Notes under the pieces: model-generated | The model's database searches: none | Seen by the model: the letters and a program-made list of their open reading frames with translations, nothing else | Told to the model about the DNA's origin: nothing | Made by a program: the position numbers and the translations under genes | In this document: positions 45,801 to 55,503 of the stretch, piece by piece | Layout of the letters: each line of letters begins with the position of its first letter | Position numbering within the stretch: position 1 is the first letter of the stretch | Sequence record: OP123707.1 | Strand: one strand, 5' to 3' | Length of the DNA: 64,000 nucleotides

Positions 45801-47807
45801 GACGAATTCTCGGCCAGTCAGTTTGTTGGTGTTCTGATTCCTGAGAATGCAGACGTAGCGAAACCGTTCTCGGTTCGTGGTCAGGTATTGGATTCAGAAG
45901 GCAACCCGTACGTTGGTTCAACTGTGTACCTGACTGATAAGTTGAGTGGTCGTGACATTGACATCTTTGTAGGTACCGATGGTAACTTCTCCGCAGACAT
46001 CATTCTATTCGAAGAAGGCGTCCACGAGTTGATTCTAGGTACTAACGGTGCCATCCATGAAGGTCAAATCGAGTGTACACTTACCATCCCTGATGTAGAT
46101 GCAGCGACGTTCTTACCTTACACCACAACTGAAGCCGCGACAGGTTCTAACACTTACATCGCAGTACAAGTAACCAACCTAGGTGTTGAAGTTGCGGATG
46201 CTCCGGTAACCGTGTACGTTCAAGGTGAAGAAGACTCCATGGCTATCGGTTACACCGATGCACGTGGTTACATCAGCTTCGACTTGGATACATCTGCGAT
46301 GACTGGTACGGTTACGTTTGATGTTAACGTGGGTACTACTGTGCTTGGCTCTACTGTGGTTACTTACACAGACAACAAACTGGCAAGCTCGTTTGACTCA
46401 TTGATGTCTATGTCACCAACTGACTTCGAATCCCCAGCGGTAATTGAAGCGGTGGTGGTTGACCAAGATGGCTTGGAAATCATTCAACCTGAGGTGAGCG
46501 TTTACGATCTAACCAACTTACAACCAGTAGTGGTGACCAACACGTCTCACCGTGGCGACCGTACCATGTTCACTGTTCCAGCCGGTACAGAAGAACAGGT
46601 GATCGACTTGATGGTTTACACCGATAACGCGCGCAGTGTGGTTACTGTCGACTGGAACTTAGTGGAAGAGAGACTACCTAAGGGAGTAACTCTAAGCGAA
46701 ATCCCAGCGAACACTGACCTAGACGTTCCAGTAATGGTAACGTGCGATCTGTTGGATGATGGTGAGATTCAGTACGTACCTAACCGTCCAATGGTCATCA
46801 AGTTGGTGGACGAAGTGGGTACTGAGCACTTCAGTGATGTGGGACCTAACGGCGAGTTCTACTTCAGCCTGTTAGAAAACAGTTACGCGAACCGTACTTA
46901 CGAAATGTTCTACCAAGACATTAGCTTGTCTACGTTCAGCATTGAGTGGGGTGTTCGTCAGCCTTCGACTTACCTTGACGTAATGGTCAATGAAGATCAA
47001 CCTACCATCGGTATCATAGGTTCACCAATCACGATAACAGGTAAAACTCTGGATCAATACGGTGACCCAATGGGTGATCAACCTGTTCGTTGTTATGTGG
47101 ATGGTGCAGTTCATGGTGATGATGTTACTTCGGATGCAGAAGGTAACTGGAGCATGGAATTCAGTGAACCTACCGAAGGGGATATTACGTACACCTTCCG
47201 TTGGCTTGCAGGACGAGTGGATCCTACCCACACCGTAACTTGGACGGTGAACCCACCAGTCTATAGTGGAGTGCGTGTAGTCTCAGGAGCAGTGGGTGCT
47301 ACTGTAAACGAGACTGTACAAATTGAGATCGAAACTATCGACCAATACGACAACGTAATTGGTGCTCAAGAATTCACTTGGGATGATGGTTCTGGTCCAG
47401 TCACTGTGACTTCGGATGCAAATGGTCTCTACACCTTAGATGTCACCGCAACAGAGGAAGGCCCAGTCACTTACACCTTCATTGGTGTGGGCGACACGGC
47501 CACTCACCTGATTACGTGGGAAGCAGTAGGTCCTATACTCACTACCATTGAAGTAGTGTCTGGTGCAGCGGTTGGGACCGTAGGTGAAAACGTTGACGTT
47601 AAGATCGTAACGAAAGATCAGTTCGGTGATCCAATTGCCAACCAATCGATCGTTTGGGATGACGGTGGTATTCCTAACCCAGCGACTAACTCAAACGAAC
47701 TGGGTGAGATCACGTACCAGTTCACACGTGGTGCGCCAGAAGTGGTTACCTACACCTTCAGTGGCGCTGGTGATGTTTCAGCACAACATGTGATCACTTG
47801 GTCATAA
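42897..47807 (+). CDS. Ig-like repeat fibre/adhesin protein 1
   Basis: Start ATG 42897 (GGAG 6 nt upstream) preferred over 42885. Repeats as above; the last two domains are close paralogues (VVSGA.G.V.E.V.I.I.T.DQ...W). Confidence 0.75.
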   Translation: MIGIIKGNILDADGVPINPGKPVTITGKRSDGGDDITLVTENDGTWTFDISSTEIGECMITFMYGGLQVGQYGVWFVDDVNLQVLPYSSKTTHQGRGALVAWAVTDVEGNGIPNAPLTIYDNGTDPAPIAVVTTDEFGIAELSVPATNGQGEETVGFRRFHGTIGKQMSSHAVEWITTDDQIAYVFDDVKYTAEVEAGGSAVISARLLDQNNVMVDAPTFGVFNKNTLEVTTGGAYMTADGLIVSTPADQGQGVSTLYLYSENARHEMTVEWQDQLSEAVASIELVAPDAVVFPTGDDGTVMHGTALNAAGDPVTIRNEVKFDTKSDGVNDGFGLVLADASFAILMQAFTATTKTREIALNGTTLFNKEYEYRNGLTIAKCEYGNDEIPTGADGFVAFAITDGDGEIVHGAAVTYTKSNGQRYYTNSPLDGNGLLEIPVSQDGNEGRTYEEVRATIGDVTAVSGAYWRPSNISVGTTLQDIVFPTSSKDDEVIRIMGTLNDQNGVGVSNVKLGMFNVSTLGYEEFGLDGAIQLDGSFEFDYGPLGVGEHELILATNAAVERRDTVWTSSIPAFDTLVAESYGTDISEPGATDMLPVAAIDVDGKGVPGVPVTLYKSDVNSTQGEEITTVTTDEFGVAEFILTPPITDSTVDGTEYYLAKVRDKTVRTQIYRHPTRPAAGGFVNVAFPSVAPVGSRLLVSADLVGTDGEPALVGGTFTVWSKTSRQHIHAWNNTYGNTVTLSIAPLPEGSHTLVLGLGGSTAWHEFEVNVSSAVSETLPASIVIDPLSPTIGGVGQDVPIIGRALDGAGDPYIPNSAIQIQARDEAKSYYGYAHIEADGTFTILYELQALGDTSLFIEESNVETSLGNWALTARDDLTLSVSESTTERPAHGDPATIIGRVVDSTGDPVEGAWLEYTDSYDVLGSGATDVNGYLVSEVPFRHKYASFDFQAKMGDLTSGVDVSLAWAPEDEFSASQFVGVLIPENADVAKPFSVRGQVLDSEGNPYVGSTVYLTDKLSGRDIDIFVGTDGNFSADIILFEEGVHELILGTNGAIHEGQIECTLTIPDVDAATFLPYTTTEAATGSNTYIAVQVTNLGVEVADAPVTVYVQGEEDSMAIGYTDARGYISFDLDTSAMTGTVTFDVNVGTTVLGSTVVTYTDNKLASSFDSLMSMSPTDFESPAVIEAVVVDQDGLEIIQPEVSVYDLTNLQPVVVTNTSHRGDRTMFTVPAGTEEQVIDLMVYTDNARSVVTVDWNLVEERLPKGVTLSEIPANTDLDVPVMVTCDLLDDGEIQYVPNRPMVIKLVDEVGTEHFSDVGPNGEFYFSLLENSYANRTYEMFYQDISLSTFSIEWGVRQPSTYLDVMVNEDQPTIGIIGSPITITGKTLDQYGDPMGDQPVRCYVDGAVHGDDVTSDAEGNWSMEFSEPTEGDITYTFRWLAGRVDPTHTVTWTVNPPVYSGVRVVSGAVGATVNETVQIEIETIDQYDNVIGAQEFTWDDGSGPVTVTSDANGLYTLDVTATEEGPVTYTFIGVGDTATHLITWEAVGPILTTIEVVSGAAVGTVGENVDVKIVTKDQFGDPIANQSIVWDDGGIPNPATNSNELGEITYQFTRGAPEVVTYTFSGAGDVSAQHVITWS

Positions 47808-47845
47808 GACATTCATAATTTGATCCAATTCTAATTGGACTACTT

Positions 47846-47879
47846 ATCATAACTCGGAGGATTAGCTCCGAGTTATGAT
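47846..47879 (+). terminator. Terminator
   Basis: 14-bp stem ATCATAACTCGGAG / CTCCGAGTTATGAT. Confidence 0.8.
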
Positions 47880-47957
47880 TATTCTGAAATCGTATAGAAG
47901 TAACTAAACATGAGTTCTATTTTAGGACAAGACGTAAATTAGACTATTGGAGTAGAT

Positions 47958-50900
47958 ATGGTCGACACAATCAAAGGTAGTTTGGCTGGTGGCGGATCTC
48001 ACACTTTCACGATGAAACGCGATGACGGCGGTGAGGACGTCCAAATTACTAGTAATGAAAACGGTGAATGGTCCGTTGAAATTCAATCAGATGGGAAACG
48101 TAAGGTTAACTTCTCGTTTTATGATAAAGAGTTGTTTTTAGCAAAGCATCCAATTAACTTCATGAAACGTTTGGAAGTGATTCCAACGGGAACGAAGTTT
48201 GCATCGGAAGGTCAGAATAACATTTTTTGGGGACGTTTATTAGACGAAAATAAGAAACCTCTTCAAGGTGCGACTGTTGAGTGTTACATTAAAGCTGGTA
48301 ACAAACCAGAGATAAAGGATGAATACGTGGGTGAAACTGATGAGGACGGCCTGGTGGGTTGTAACGTCGGTTTGAGTTACACCACCGGTGAGGAAACTCT
48401 CACTATCCGCATGGTTTACGGAGAGTTTGAAGATAGCTTGACATTCTACGCCACCCCTAACCTTTTGATCGAGGGATTGGATGATCCCCTTATCCCGAAG
48501 GAAGTAATGCCTGGGGAACCTATTCGCATCATTGGGAGTGGTCGAATTGGGTCGGGATATATGAACGAGACAATTGATGAAGAAGAGGCTTATCTCGCTT
48601 ACTTCACTGATCGTCCGTATCACATCACAGAAATAAAAGGTGGGATAAGTTCGAATTCTAAAGTGGATTTCACGTTGGACGTTCATGACGCGGTGGTGAT
48701 ATCGAATAATTTCACATTTGGCGTGAAGCCAAATATCATCGAAGAGTTTCTCCCCCCTAAATATTTCAGACTTGCTCCAAGGTCTATGATGTACAACAAC
48801 CCTAACCATACCACTATAGGTGGTTCATGGGAAATGTGGGGTGCGATCCTTAACGAAAATTATGAGACCCCTAATTACAATCTTGGGTCAAACACTGATA
48901 AGGGCCTGACTATGGCCGATTATGACCTTAATCGACTTTATAGAAACATCAGTGTCAGTAGGGACGATTGGAAGTTTTACGCTTTTGTAAACGAAATCTA
49001 TGACTTCAACCTCGATAAACCGGTAGGTGACTTCCTTACTTTATCCAGTCGTGGTCGAATTATCAATGAGCGCATGCGATGGATCAGTACTGATAAAGAA
49101 ACCTTAAATCTAGGCGTCGGTACGAATAACTTTGTTCATGTCGGAAACCCAGCAAAAATTGTCACATTTCTTTGTAATGTTGATGGATCGGTAATGCCCA
49201 ACGAACCTATTTCGTTCTATAATGACGGAACGGGTGAATTCTTAGGTACAGTGAGTACCGACCGATATGGTCGAGCGTCAATGGACTTCCCGGCGCGTGA
49301 TGAAGTAGGTCGAATGATTGCACGTGCTGAATGGGGTGAACTAATCATCACTGCTAATATCGATTGGATTCCTCTAAAAACAAAGCTAGCTAAGACCGTC
49401 ACTGCACCTTTCCTTAACCCTATCAATAAGCGTGGGTTCCACACATGGTTTCTAAATGGAGTTGATCAATACGGCGGGGAACTTCTTCCAATGATGGAAG
49501 GGTCTTGTTATGAAGGAATTTTTGCCCAGTGTTTCGATGTTCCTTCCAAACGCCCTTACACTGACACAAATGATGAAATCAGTGATTACAAACTTAACTT
49601 CACTGAGGATGCAAAGCTTCCAGCAAGAACTCGATTTGGTTTAGCGTGTGATGAATTCTACACTGAGACAGAAGTTATTTCAGATCAAGCAGAGGGCATC
49701 AACCCACTACTTTATGCTCCGGGTGCTACGGCAGCTCATTTTGATCTGAAAACTGGTTGTCGTGTAATTGATAACGCTTTAACTCCTATGGTGGGTGTGG
49801 AAGTAAAAGTTTGGTTGGATGTAAAAGAAGGTGATGCTTGGGGTACATTTACAACCGATAAATACGGGATTGTACATTTCACTGTACCTTATTCATATGA
49901 CTCAATGACCCGTTCAGCTTTCATCGAATCTTCGGGTTATAGTTATGAGTTGAAAATGGTGTGGACCAAATCACCTACCGCGTCTAATGTCGACATCACG
50001 TTACCAGAAACTGCGACGCCGGGTGCAGAACTTCGATGGGATCTAATTTCAAGAAGTCAAAATGGTCAGATTTTAAAATCAGAACGTCCTTCACTTTTCA
50101 CCATTTATGCTGAGTATTACGCCGCGATGTACCGTAAACACGATCACGAAGAAATCGATTACTACATGACTCGCACTACTGACAGTATGATGACCGCGGA
50201 TTCAGAGATCGAAGAAATTGATTACGTGATATACACGGAAGCGGGTTACAAGGAGTTTACAGTAAACACCGCTGGTGTGATCACTCGTCAACCAAATGGT
50301 GTGGTCGGAAGTTTAACTGCCCTACCTTGGTCACAACAAAAGTTCCACCCTAGTGCTCCATTTACTATTGGGGTGGTGGCGAAAGATGCTGACGGCAACC
50401 CGGTAACAGATGCCAAAGTAGAACTTCGTAAAGGTGGTGTGACGGGTGAGATTCTTCAAACTCGCTATACCAATGAACTGGGTCAGATTGAATTTGGTCT
50501 TCAAGATTACACATCCCAACCTAATGGTCCTGTGACGTATTACTTCACTCACGGTGGCTTATCAGCTACTTGGGAAATTTACCAAACTACGGATGATGAA
50601 CCGCGTGTTACTAAGTTTGAAGACGTGGATTACATGGATTTGGTGGTGACGGGCGACCGTTCGGTATTTACAGCTAAAGTGAAGGACCAGGCTGACAGAG
50701 ATAAAGCCCCAGGGTTTGATCGCAAGTTCTATGACCGGAATACATTAGAAGAAATCACTGATATCCGTACCATTGATATAAACGTTGGTTACATCGCCGT
50801 TTCTTTATCAGGAAGTGGTGTGCGTGATATCGTTTATTCTGATGAAACATTGGTTTACTCTTTCCGAGTCAAATGGGATGATGTCCCAGTAAGAGCTCCA

Positions 50901-52931
50901 GCTGATTTCGTTTTGGATGAGATGAACTCAGAAGTGTTCTTGTTGGATCAAGACATGGTGATGACGGGCCATCTAGTGGATGATCAAGGCGAGCGCATTC
51001 GCCCTAACAGTAACCTAGATGTTGAAGTAATGAATGTGGAAGATGGATCGGATTCAGATTATCTTCAGATCATGCCAGATGGTTCATTCTCTTTCACTCT
51101 GACTCCAAGTCAAATCGGACAGATTACTTGTCACTGGATGTATTTAGAAAATAATCTAAAGACCACGGTTTACCCGGTTATCGAGAATGCGGCAATTCGT
51201 GTGTTACCATTGACAACGTTCTATCCACGTTATAACCGACCGGCAAATGTTTGTGCTTATGTGGTTGACCAAGATGGTAATCCAGTGAAAGGCGCACTCA
51301 TTACGGTCGAGAGTTTCACTGCTGATATCATGAAGGGTAAAACGGATGAACGCGGTTTAGTGTTCGTCGATACACCGTTTGTTACTCATGGGGATGATTC
51401 ACCGGTAACTCATTCGGTGATGTTCTGCGATACCCGTGTTTACACCGACATTAACTGGTTACCTAACGGTACTCGTGAAGCGAAAGAAGTTGTTGGTTTA
51501 CACCGTGTTTATCCACAAGTAACCAAAGACGCTAAAGTAGCGGTCGTAGTTACGGGTTATGATGAAACCGATCGATCTGCGGCAACACCGGTGCTTACGG
51601 TGTTTGATATGAATACCATGGAAACGGTTGCAGAGTTTGGCGCGGGTGACGGAAGTAAACAGCGCTGGATAGATCTAGGTCCTTATCCAGTCGGTAAAAA
51701 GGAACTTTATGTTTGTATGGGTGCAGGTTACGGCAAGTTCACTACTGAGTGGATTGATGGCATCTATGACCCAGTAACTGAAGAAACTTACCTTTACGAA
51801 AGCGGTGTTGCTCTCTTATCATCTGGCTGGGAAGACGGTGGTCGACTAAGAGCTGGTGATTTGGCATTCACTCCGGTGGATGGCGACATGATCTATGTAA
51901 GGGAACAGGGGACGGATAATGTTTTCTCATTCCCTATCAATAAAGATAGTAATGCGTCTTTTGACATACTCCTTACTGAAACTGTACCAGGAACTAAAGT
52001 CTATGACGTTTACCGCCAACCGGACCGAGTCCTCAAAACAATCACATTGAAGTGGATTGAGTCAATCGAGCTTTCGATGTCTCCTGATACTTACCAACTG
52101 GCGTTAGCAGATGATTATCCATACATCGGTGTTTACGTAAAAGACCCAGATGGGGAATTGATTGGTAACATCAGGGTTGACATGTATGATGCAGATGACA
52201 TGGAAAATTCCCTTCAGTATTCTACTAGTGAAGCGGGCGGTCCTTGTGAATTCTGGCCGGACCCTATTGAAGGCAAGCCGTCGGTTACGTACGTGTTTAA
52301 AGTTGGTGACACTACTTTGAATCACGTTATGACCTGGTCCGATAGTTGGGATAGTCCATTGGTTGGTTACAACTTCGACTATTACGCGGGTGGTGACGAC
52401 GTACCAGTAAATAAACCAATCCGTATCTACGGTACTTTGGAAGATCAGAACGGAGGAATATTCCAAGGTGATGGTTCATTGTCTATTATGAATCAAGCCA
52501 CCGGGATAGCCCAGCGTTTTGAAGGTGTTATAGACGAGAATGGTAAGTTTGACTTTGGCATGCCTGGACTTCCACAAGGTAAGTATAACTTCTCAATGTT
52601 CTCCGGTCACATGGTGGATTGGTTCCGAGTCACTACAGGAGACTTCCCGGATGTTTATGCCGCAACATTTATTGAAACACCACCAACAACGGGTAACATT
52701 AATTTCTACATGGAAGTTAAATGTCAATTGGTTGATTCAAACGGAGACCCTATTCAGGCGAATGGTATTCAAATTCGTCCTAGGTTATCGGGCGTGTATG
52801 TTCCTACAGTGTACTCTGACAATCTTGGTCAGTTTACCCTACGTTGGAAGAACACGAAATCAGGTGAACAAACACTGGACATCTGTACTTACTCATTGCG
52901 TCTCCTAGTGGACCATACATTCACAGTATAA
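47958..52931 (+). CDS. Ig-like repeat fibre/adhesin protein 2 (1657 aa)
   Basis: GGAG RBS. Shared N-terminal KRDDG module and repeated TD..G motifs; more divergent than its neighbours. Confidence 0.7.
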   Translation: MVDTIKGSLAGGGSHTFTMKRDDGGEDVQITSNENGEWSVEIQSDGKRKVNFSFYDKELFLAKHPINFMKRLEVIPTGTKFASEGQNNIFWGRLLDENKKPLQGATVECYIKAGNKPEIKDEYVGETDEDGLVGCNVGLSYTTGEETLTIRMVYGEFEDSLTFYATPNLLIEGLDDPLIPKEVMPGEPIRIIGSGRIGSGYMNETIDEEEAYLAYFTDRPYHITEIKGGISSNSKVDFTLDVHDAVVISNNFTFGVKPNIIEEFLPPKYFRLAPRSMMYNNPNHTTIGGSWEMWGAILNENYETPNYNLGSNTDKGLTMADYDLNRLYRNISVSRDDWKFYAFVNEIYDFNLDKPVGDFLTLSSRGRIINERMRWISTDKETLNLGVGTNNFVHVGNPAKIVTFLCNVDGSVMPNEPISFYNDGTGEFLGTVSTDRYGRASMDFPARDEVGRMIARAEWGELIITANIDWIPLKTKLAKTVTAPFLNPINKRGFHTWFLNGVDQYGGELLPMMEGSCYEGIFAQCFDVPSKRPYTDTNDEISDYKLNFTEDAKLPARTRFGLACDEFYTETEVISDQAEGINPLLYAPGATAAHFDLKTGCRVIDNALTPMVGVEVKVWLDVKEGDAWGTFTTDKYGIVHFTVPYSYDSMTRSAFIESSGYSYELKMVWTKSPTASNVDITLPETATPGAELRWDLISRSQNGQILKSERPSLFTIYAEYYAAMYRKHDHEEIDYYMTRTTDSMMTADSEIEEIDYVIYTEAGYKEFTVNTAGVITRQPNGVVGSLTALPWSQQKFHPSAPFTIGVVAKDADGNPVTDAKVELRKGGVTGEILQTRYTNELGQIEFGLQDYTSQPNGPVTYYFTHGGLSATWEIYQTTDDEPRVTKFEDVDYMDLVVTGDRSVFTAKVKDQADRDKAPGFDRKFYDRNTLEEITDIRTIDINVGYIAVSLSGSGVRDIVYSDETLVYSFRVKWDDVPVRAPADFVLDEMNSEVFLLDQDMVMTGHLVDDQGERIRPNSNLDVEVMNVEDGSDSDYLQIMPDGSFSFTLTPSQIGQITCHWMYLENNLKTTVYPVIENAAIRVLPLTTFYPRYNRPANVCAYVVDQDGNPVKGALITVESFTADIMKGKTDERGLVFVDTPFVTHGDDSPVTHSVMFCDTRVYTDINWLPNGTREAKEVVGLHRVYPQVTKDAKVAVVVTGYDETDRSAATPVLTVFDMNTMETVAEFGAGDGSKQRWIDLGPYPVGKKELYVCMGAGYGKFTTEWIDGIYDPVTEETYLYESGVALLSSGWEDGGRLRAGDLAFTPVDGDMIYVREQGTDNVFSFPINKDSNASFDILLTETVPGTKVYDVYRQPDRVLKTITLKWIESIELSMSPDTYQLALADDYPYIGVYVKDPDGELIGNIRVDMYDADDMENSLQYSTSEAGGPCEFWPDPIEGKPSVTYVFKVGDTTLNHVMTWSDSWDSPLVGYNFDYYAGGDDVPVNKPIRIYGTLEDQNGGIFQGDGSLSIMNQATGIAQRFEGVIDENGKFDFGMPGLPQGKYNFSMFSGHMVDWFRVTTGDFPDVYAATFIETPPTTGNINFYMEVKCQLVDSNGDPIQANGIQIRPRLSGVYVPTVYSDNLGQFTLRWKNTKSGEQTLDICTYSLRLLVDHTFTV

Positions 52932-52942
52932 TAAAAAGAAAG

Positions 52943-52968
52943 TTACTCGGTGGGCATCCACCGAGTAA
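52943..52968 (+). terminator. Terminator
   Basis: TTACTCGGTGG-gcat-CCACCGAGTAA. Confidence 0.8.
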
Positions 52969-53082
52969 ACTTTACATAAAAAATAACTTTAATACATTTT
53001 ATTTCGCTCAAACTTAGTCTTGACATTAAGACTTGTATTAGGGGTAAATTGTTGTATTTTAATCATGGTTAAGTAGGAAAAT

Positions 53083-55362
53083 ATGACTACTACAATTGAA
53101 AGTAATTTAAATCACCCTATCGAACTCACTATTAAACGTGACGATGATCAACCGGATAGTACAGTTGTCACAAATCCTGATGGTAGTTGGGAAATGGACA
53201 TTGGTCCCGTGGCGACATCCAGAAAAGTAAAATTCAGCTTTTATCATGGTGAGCAAAAAGCGGGCGAGCATTCGATTAGCTTCATCAATGCTCCCGTAAG
53301 CGCGGAAATATTGTCTGGGGCTTACCCAGTCATGGCCTTTGACCAAGAAGCCACCATCACTTACCAATTAAAAGATGCAGACGGTAACAACTACGTCGGT
53401 AGTGAAGGTGAATTTATTAAGATCGAATCTGTTGAGTCGGGTTACGTCCATCTTGATATTCCAATTCCAACAAATGGCATCATCGAGATACCGTGGAGTA
53501 AAACAAGTGTGGGCAGCGAAACTCACGTTTTAAAGAACGGTCAAGATGGGACTTTAAACGAATACACTAACGAGTACGTCGTGGTGGGTGACTTGGGTTT
53601 CATGTATCATGACGAAGATCCTAAGTTAGGTGAACCCTGGACACTTTTTGGTTATGCGATGGACCGCAATGATGTTCCAATCGCTGGACTACCTATTCAT
53701 GTGTACTCTTTAACCGAAGAATACCCGTATGACGAAACACTGACCACCGATGAGAGAGGATTAATTTCGATACTCCTGGATCCTCCGGAATCGTCAGAAG
53801 AGTTTGATGTTGAGTTAGAAATGTCAGCGGCTGGACAAACTGATGATGTTTATTTAACGTGGGCGGATTATAATGACGGCGCACGTGGCTTCGTTGAACT
53901 GGACCCAACTCCTTCTGAAGTTGCTGAAGCTGATGGCATCACTTTAACAGGCGTGGTTAAAGATGAAGGTGGTAACCCAATTCCTAATGGGAGGGTGCAT
54001 TTTTATCGACTTGACCCAGGAAATAGTATTTATCACAATGATACTTACACCACGGACGGGGATGGTCGATTTTCATTCGACACTTGGATCGATATGGGTA
54101 AGCAAACGTTTTTTATGGCAACGGATGAACATTTTGTTGCCAGAGACATTGCTGGGTTTGTTTCCCCTGAAATGGACATGCTTCAGTTGGGTGGGATTAC
54201 TTTACCTTACCTTAAAGACTCTAAGGTCTCTGTTATTTACCGAGATAAATTTGGTAACCTGGAAGCTGGGAAAACCATTACTTTTAGATACGACAGCGAC
54301 ACAGGACCCATCGCAGGAACGGTAGTTACTGACGAAAATGGGTTGGCAGAATATCCGCTGGTGTGGGACGAAGTCCAAGACCACACGAAAATCTATGCCA
54401 TCAGTGATGCGGATACTGGTGTTTCGATTATTGAAAAGGCTTCGATTAATGAAGTGGTTCCTGAGAACTTAAAAATAATCAATGCACCAGCTCGTTTACA
54501 CCCTTATCAGAAAGCCTTCGTTTCAGGGTTTCTTATGGGGTCGGATGGGAAGCCATATAAAGTCCCCACTCAAATTAAAAATCATTGGGATGATTTTAAT
54601 TGGACTGGGAGCACGGAAAGTGACGCGGACGGTTACTTTGAAATTAGCTTTAATCCGATGGAGTCCACGTCAGAAGACGGGAGTGAATACTTCTTAGGTA
54701 TTAATCAGGGCATGTCACGCATTAAAATCGCGTGGGATGACGGTAAAGCAGGCAGTTACCAAAGATTCAGATTCGACGCTCCTGATTTTCCAAATGGTAT
54801 TGGACCATCACAAACGATCACACTGAATGGTAAAATGCGAGATGATATGTGGAACGTCCCACCGTTCTATGAAAGTGGGGCGTTGAAACTGATCGCTAAA
54901 GTTTACGTGGATGGCGATGAGTTATCAAGTCACAATGGTACTGTGAGGTCGGATGGAACCTTCATCATGGATATCACCACCCCGGCAACTATGGGGATGT
55001 TCGAGGTCTGGCTGACTACCGAAGACGGTAACCATGCCGACCGCATACCTTTATGGGTAGGTGGGCCAATGACGAAATCTTTGACCTTTACTAGACCGAC
55101 TCCAGAGACCCTTCCACCTAATACCACTTACATTGATGTGGCGGGATATTTCAGAGATGAAAATAATCAACCTATTGTTAACCAATTTGTGACGATCTAT
55201 GTGGAAGACCCACGATTCCCATACCCATCAGTAAGGGGGTCTGGTATCACGGATGAAGATGGTTTCTTTAGTACACAAATCTTTAATGGGGTTCCGGGTG
55301 ACGTTAAAATTACAATCACTGCCGAACGTTATGAGGCATCACACCTGATTACCGTCGTATAA
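53083..55362 (+). CDS. Ig-like repeat fibre/adhesin protein 3 (759 aa)
   Basis: AGGA RBS. KRDDDQPD...PDGSW N-terminal module and repeated units. Confidence 0.7.
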   Translation: MTTTIESNLNHPIELTIKRDDDQPDSTVVTNPDGSWEMDIGPVATSRKVKFSFYHGEQKAGEHSISFINAPVSAEILSGAYPVMAFDQEATITYQLKDADGNNYVGSEGEFIKIESVESGYVHLDIPIPTNGIIEIPWSKTSVGSETHVLKNGQDGTLNEYTNEYVVVGDLGFMYHDEDPKLGEPWTLFGYAMDRNDVPIAGLPIHVYSLTEEYPYDETLTTDERGLISILLDPPESSEEFDVELEMSAAGQTDDVYLTWADYNDGARGFVELDPTPSEVAEADGITLTGVVKDEGGNPIPNGRVHFYRLDPGNSIYHNDTYTTDGDGRFSFDTWIDMGKQTFFMATDEHFVARDIAGFVSPEMDMLQLGGITLPYLKDSKVSVIYRDKFGNLEAGKTITFRYDSDTGPIAGTVVTDENGLAEYPLVWDEVQDHTKIYAISDADTGVSIIEKASINEVVPENLKIINAPARLHPYQKAFVSGFLMGSDGKPYKVPTQIKNHWDDFNWTGSTESDADGYFEISFNPMESTSEDGSEYFLGINQGMSRIKIAWDDGKAGSYQRFRFDAPDFPNGIGPSQTITLNGKMRDDMWNVPPFYESGALKLIAKVYVDGDELSSHNGTVRSDGTFIMDITTPATMGMFEVWLTTEDGNHADRIPLWVGGPMTKSLTFTRPTPETLPPNTTYIDVAGYFRDENNQPIVNQFVTIYVEDPRFPYPSVRGSGITDEDGFFSTQIFNGVPGDVKITITAERYEASHLITVV

Positions 55363-55378
55363 CACAAAAAACTCAATT

Positions 55379-55401
55379 TGATGAGGGAACCCCCCTCATC
55401 A
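55379..55401 (+). terminator. Terminator
   Basis: TGATGAGGG / CCCTCATCA followed by TTTTT. Confidence 0.7.
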
Positions 55402-55503
55402 TTTTTCAATAACATGAGTATAGTCTCAGGTAATCGATGGGACTGCTGTTGCTTAGAGGGTACACAATGAAGTAGTAGTAATATAACACAAAAGGAAACA
55501 GAC

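Noticed and set aside
47910-47942. 10-codon upstream ORF (MSSILGQDVN) before fibre gene 2
   Set aside because: No RBS, and short ORFs are expected by chance.
53015-53050. Sigma70-like TTGACA inside a short inverted repeat (AGTCTT/AAGACT) upstream of fibre gene 3
   Set aside because: There is no convincing -10 at 16-18 bp in a very AT-rich spacer, so it is compatible with chance.
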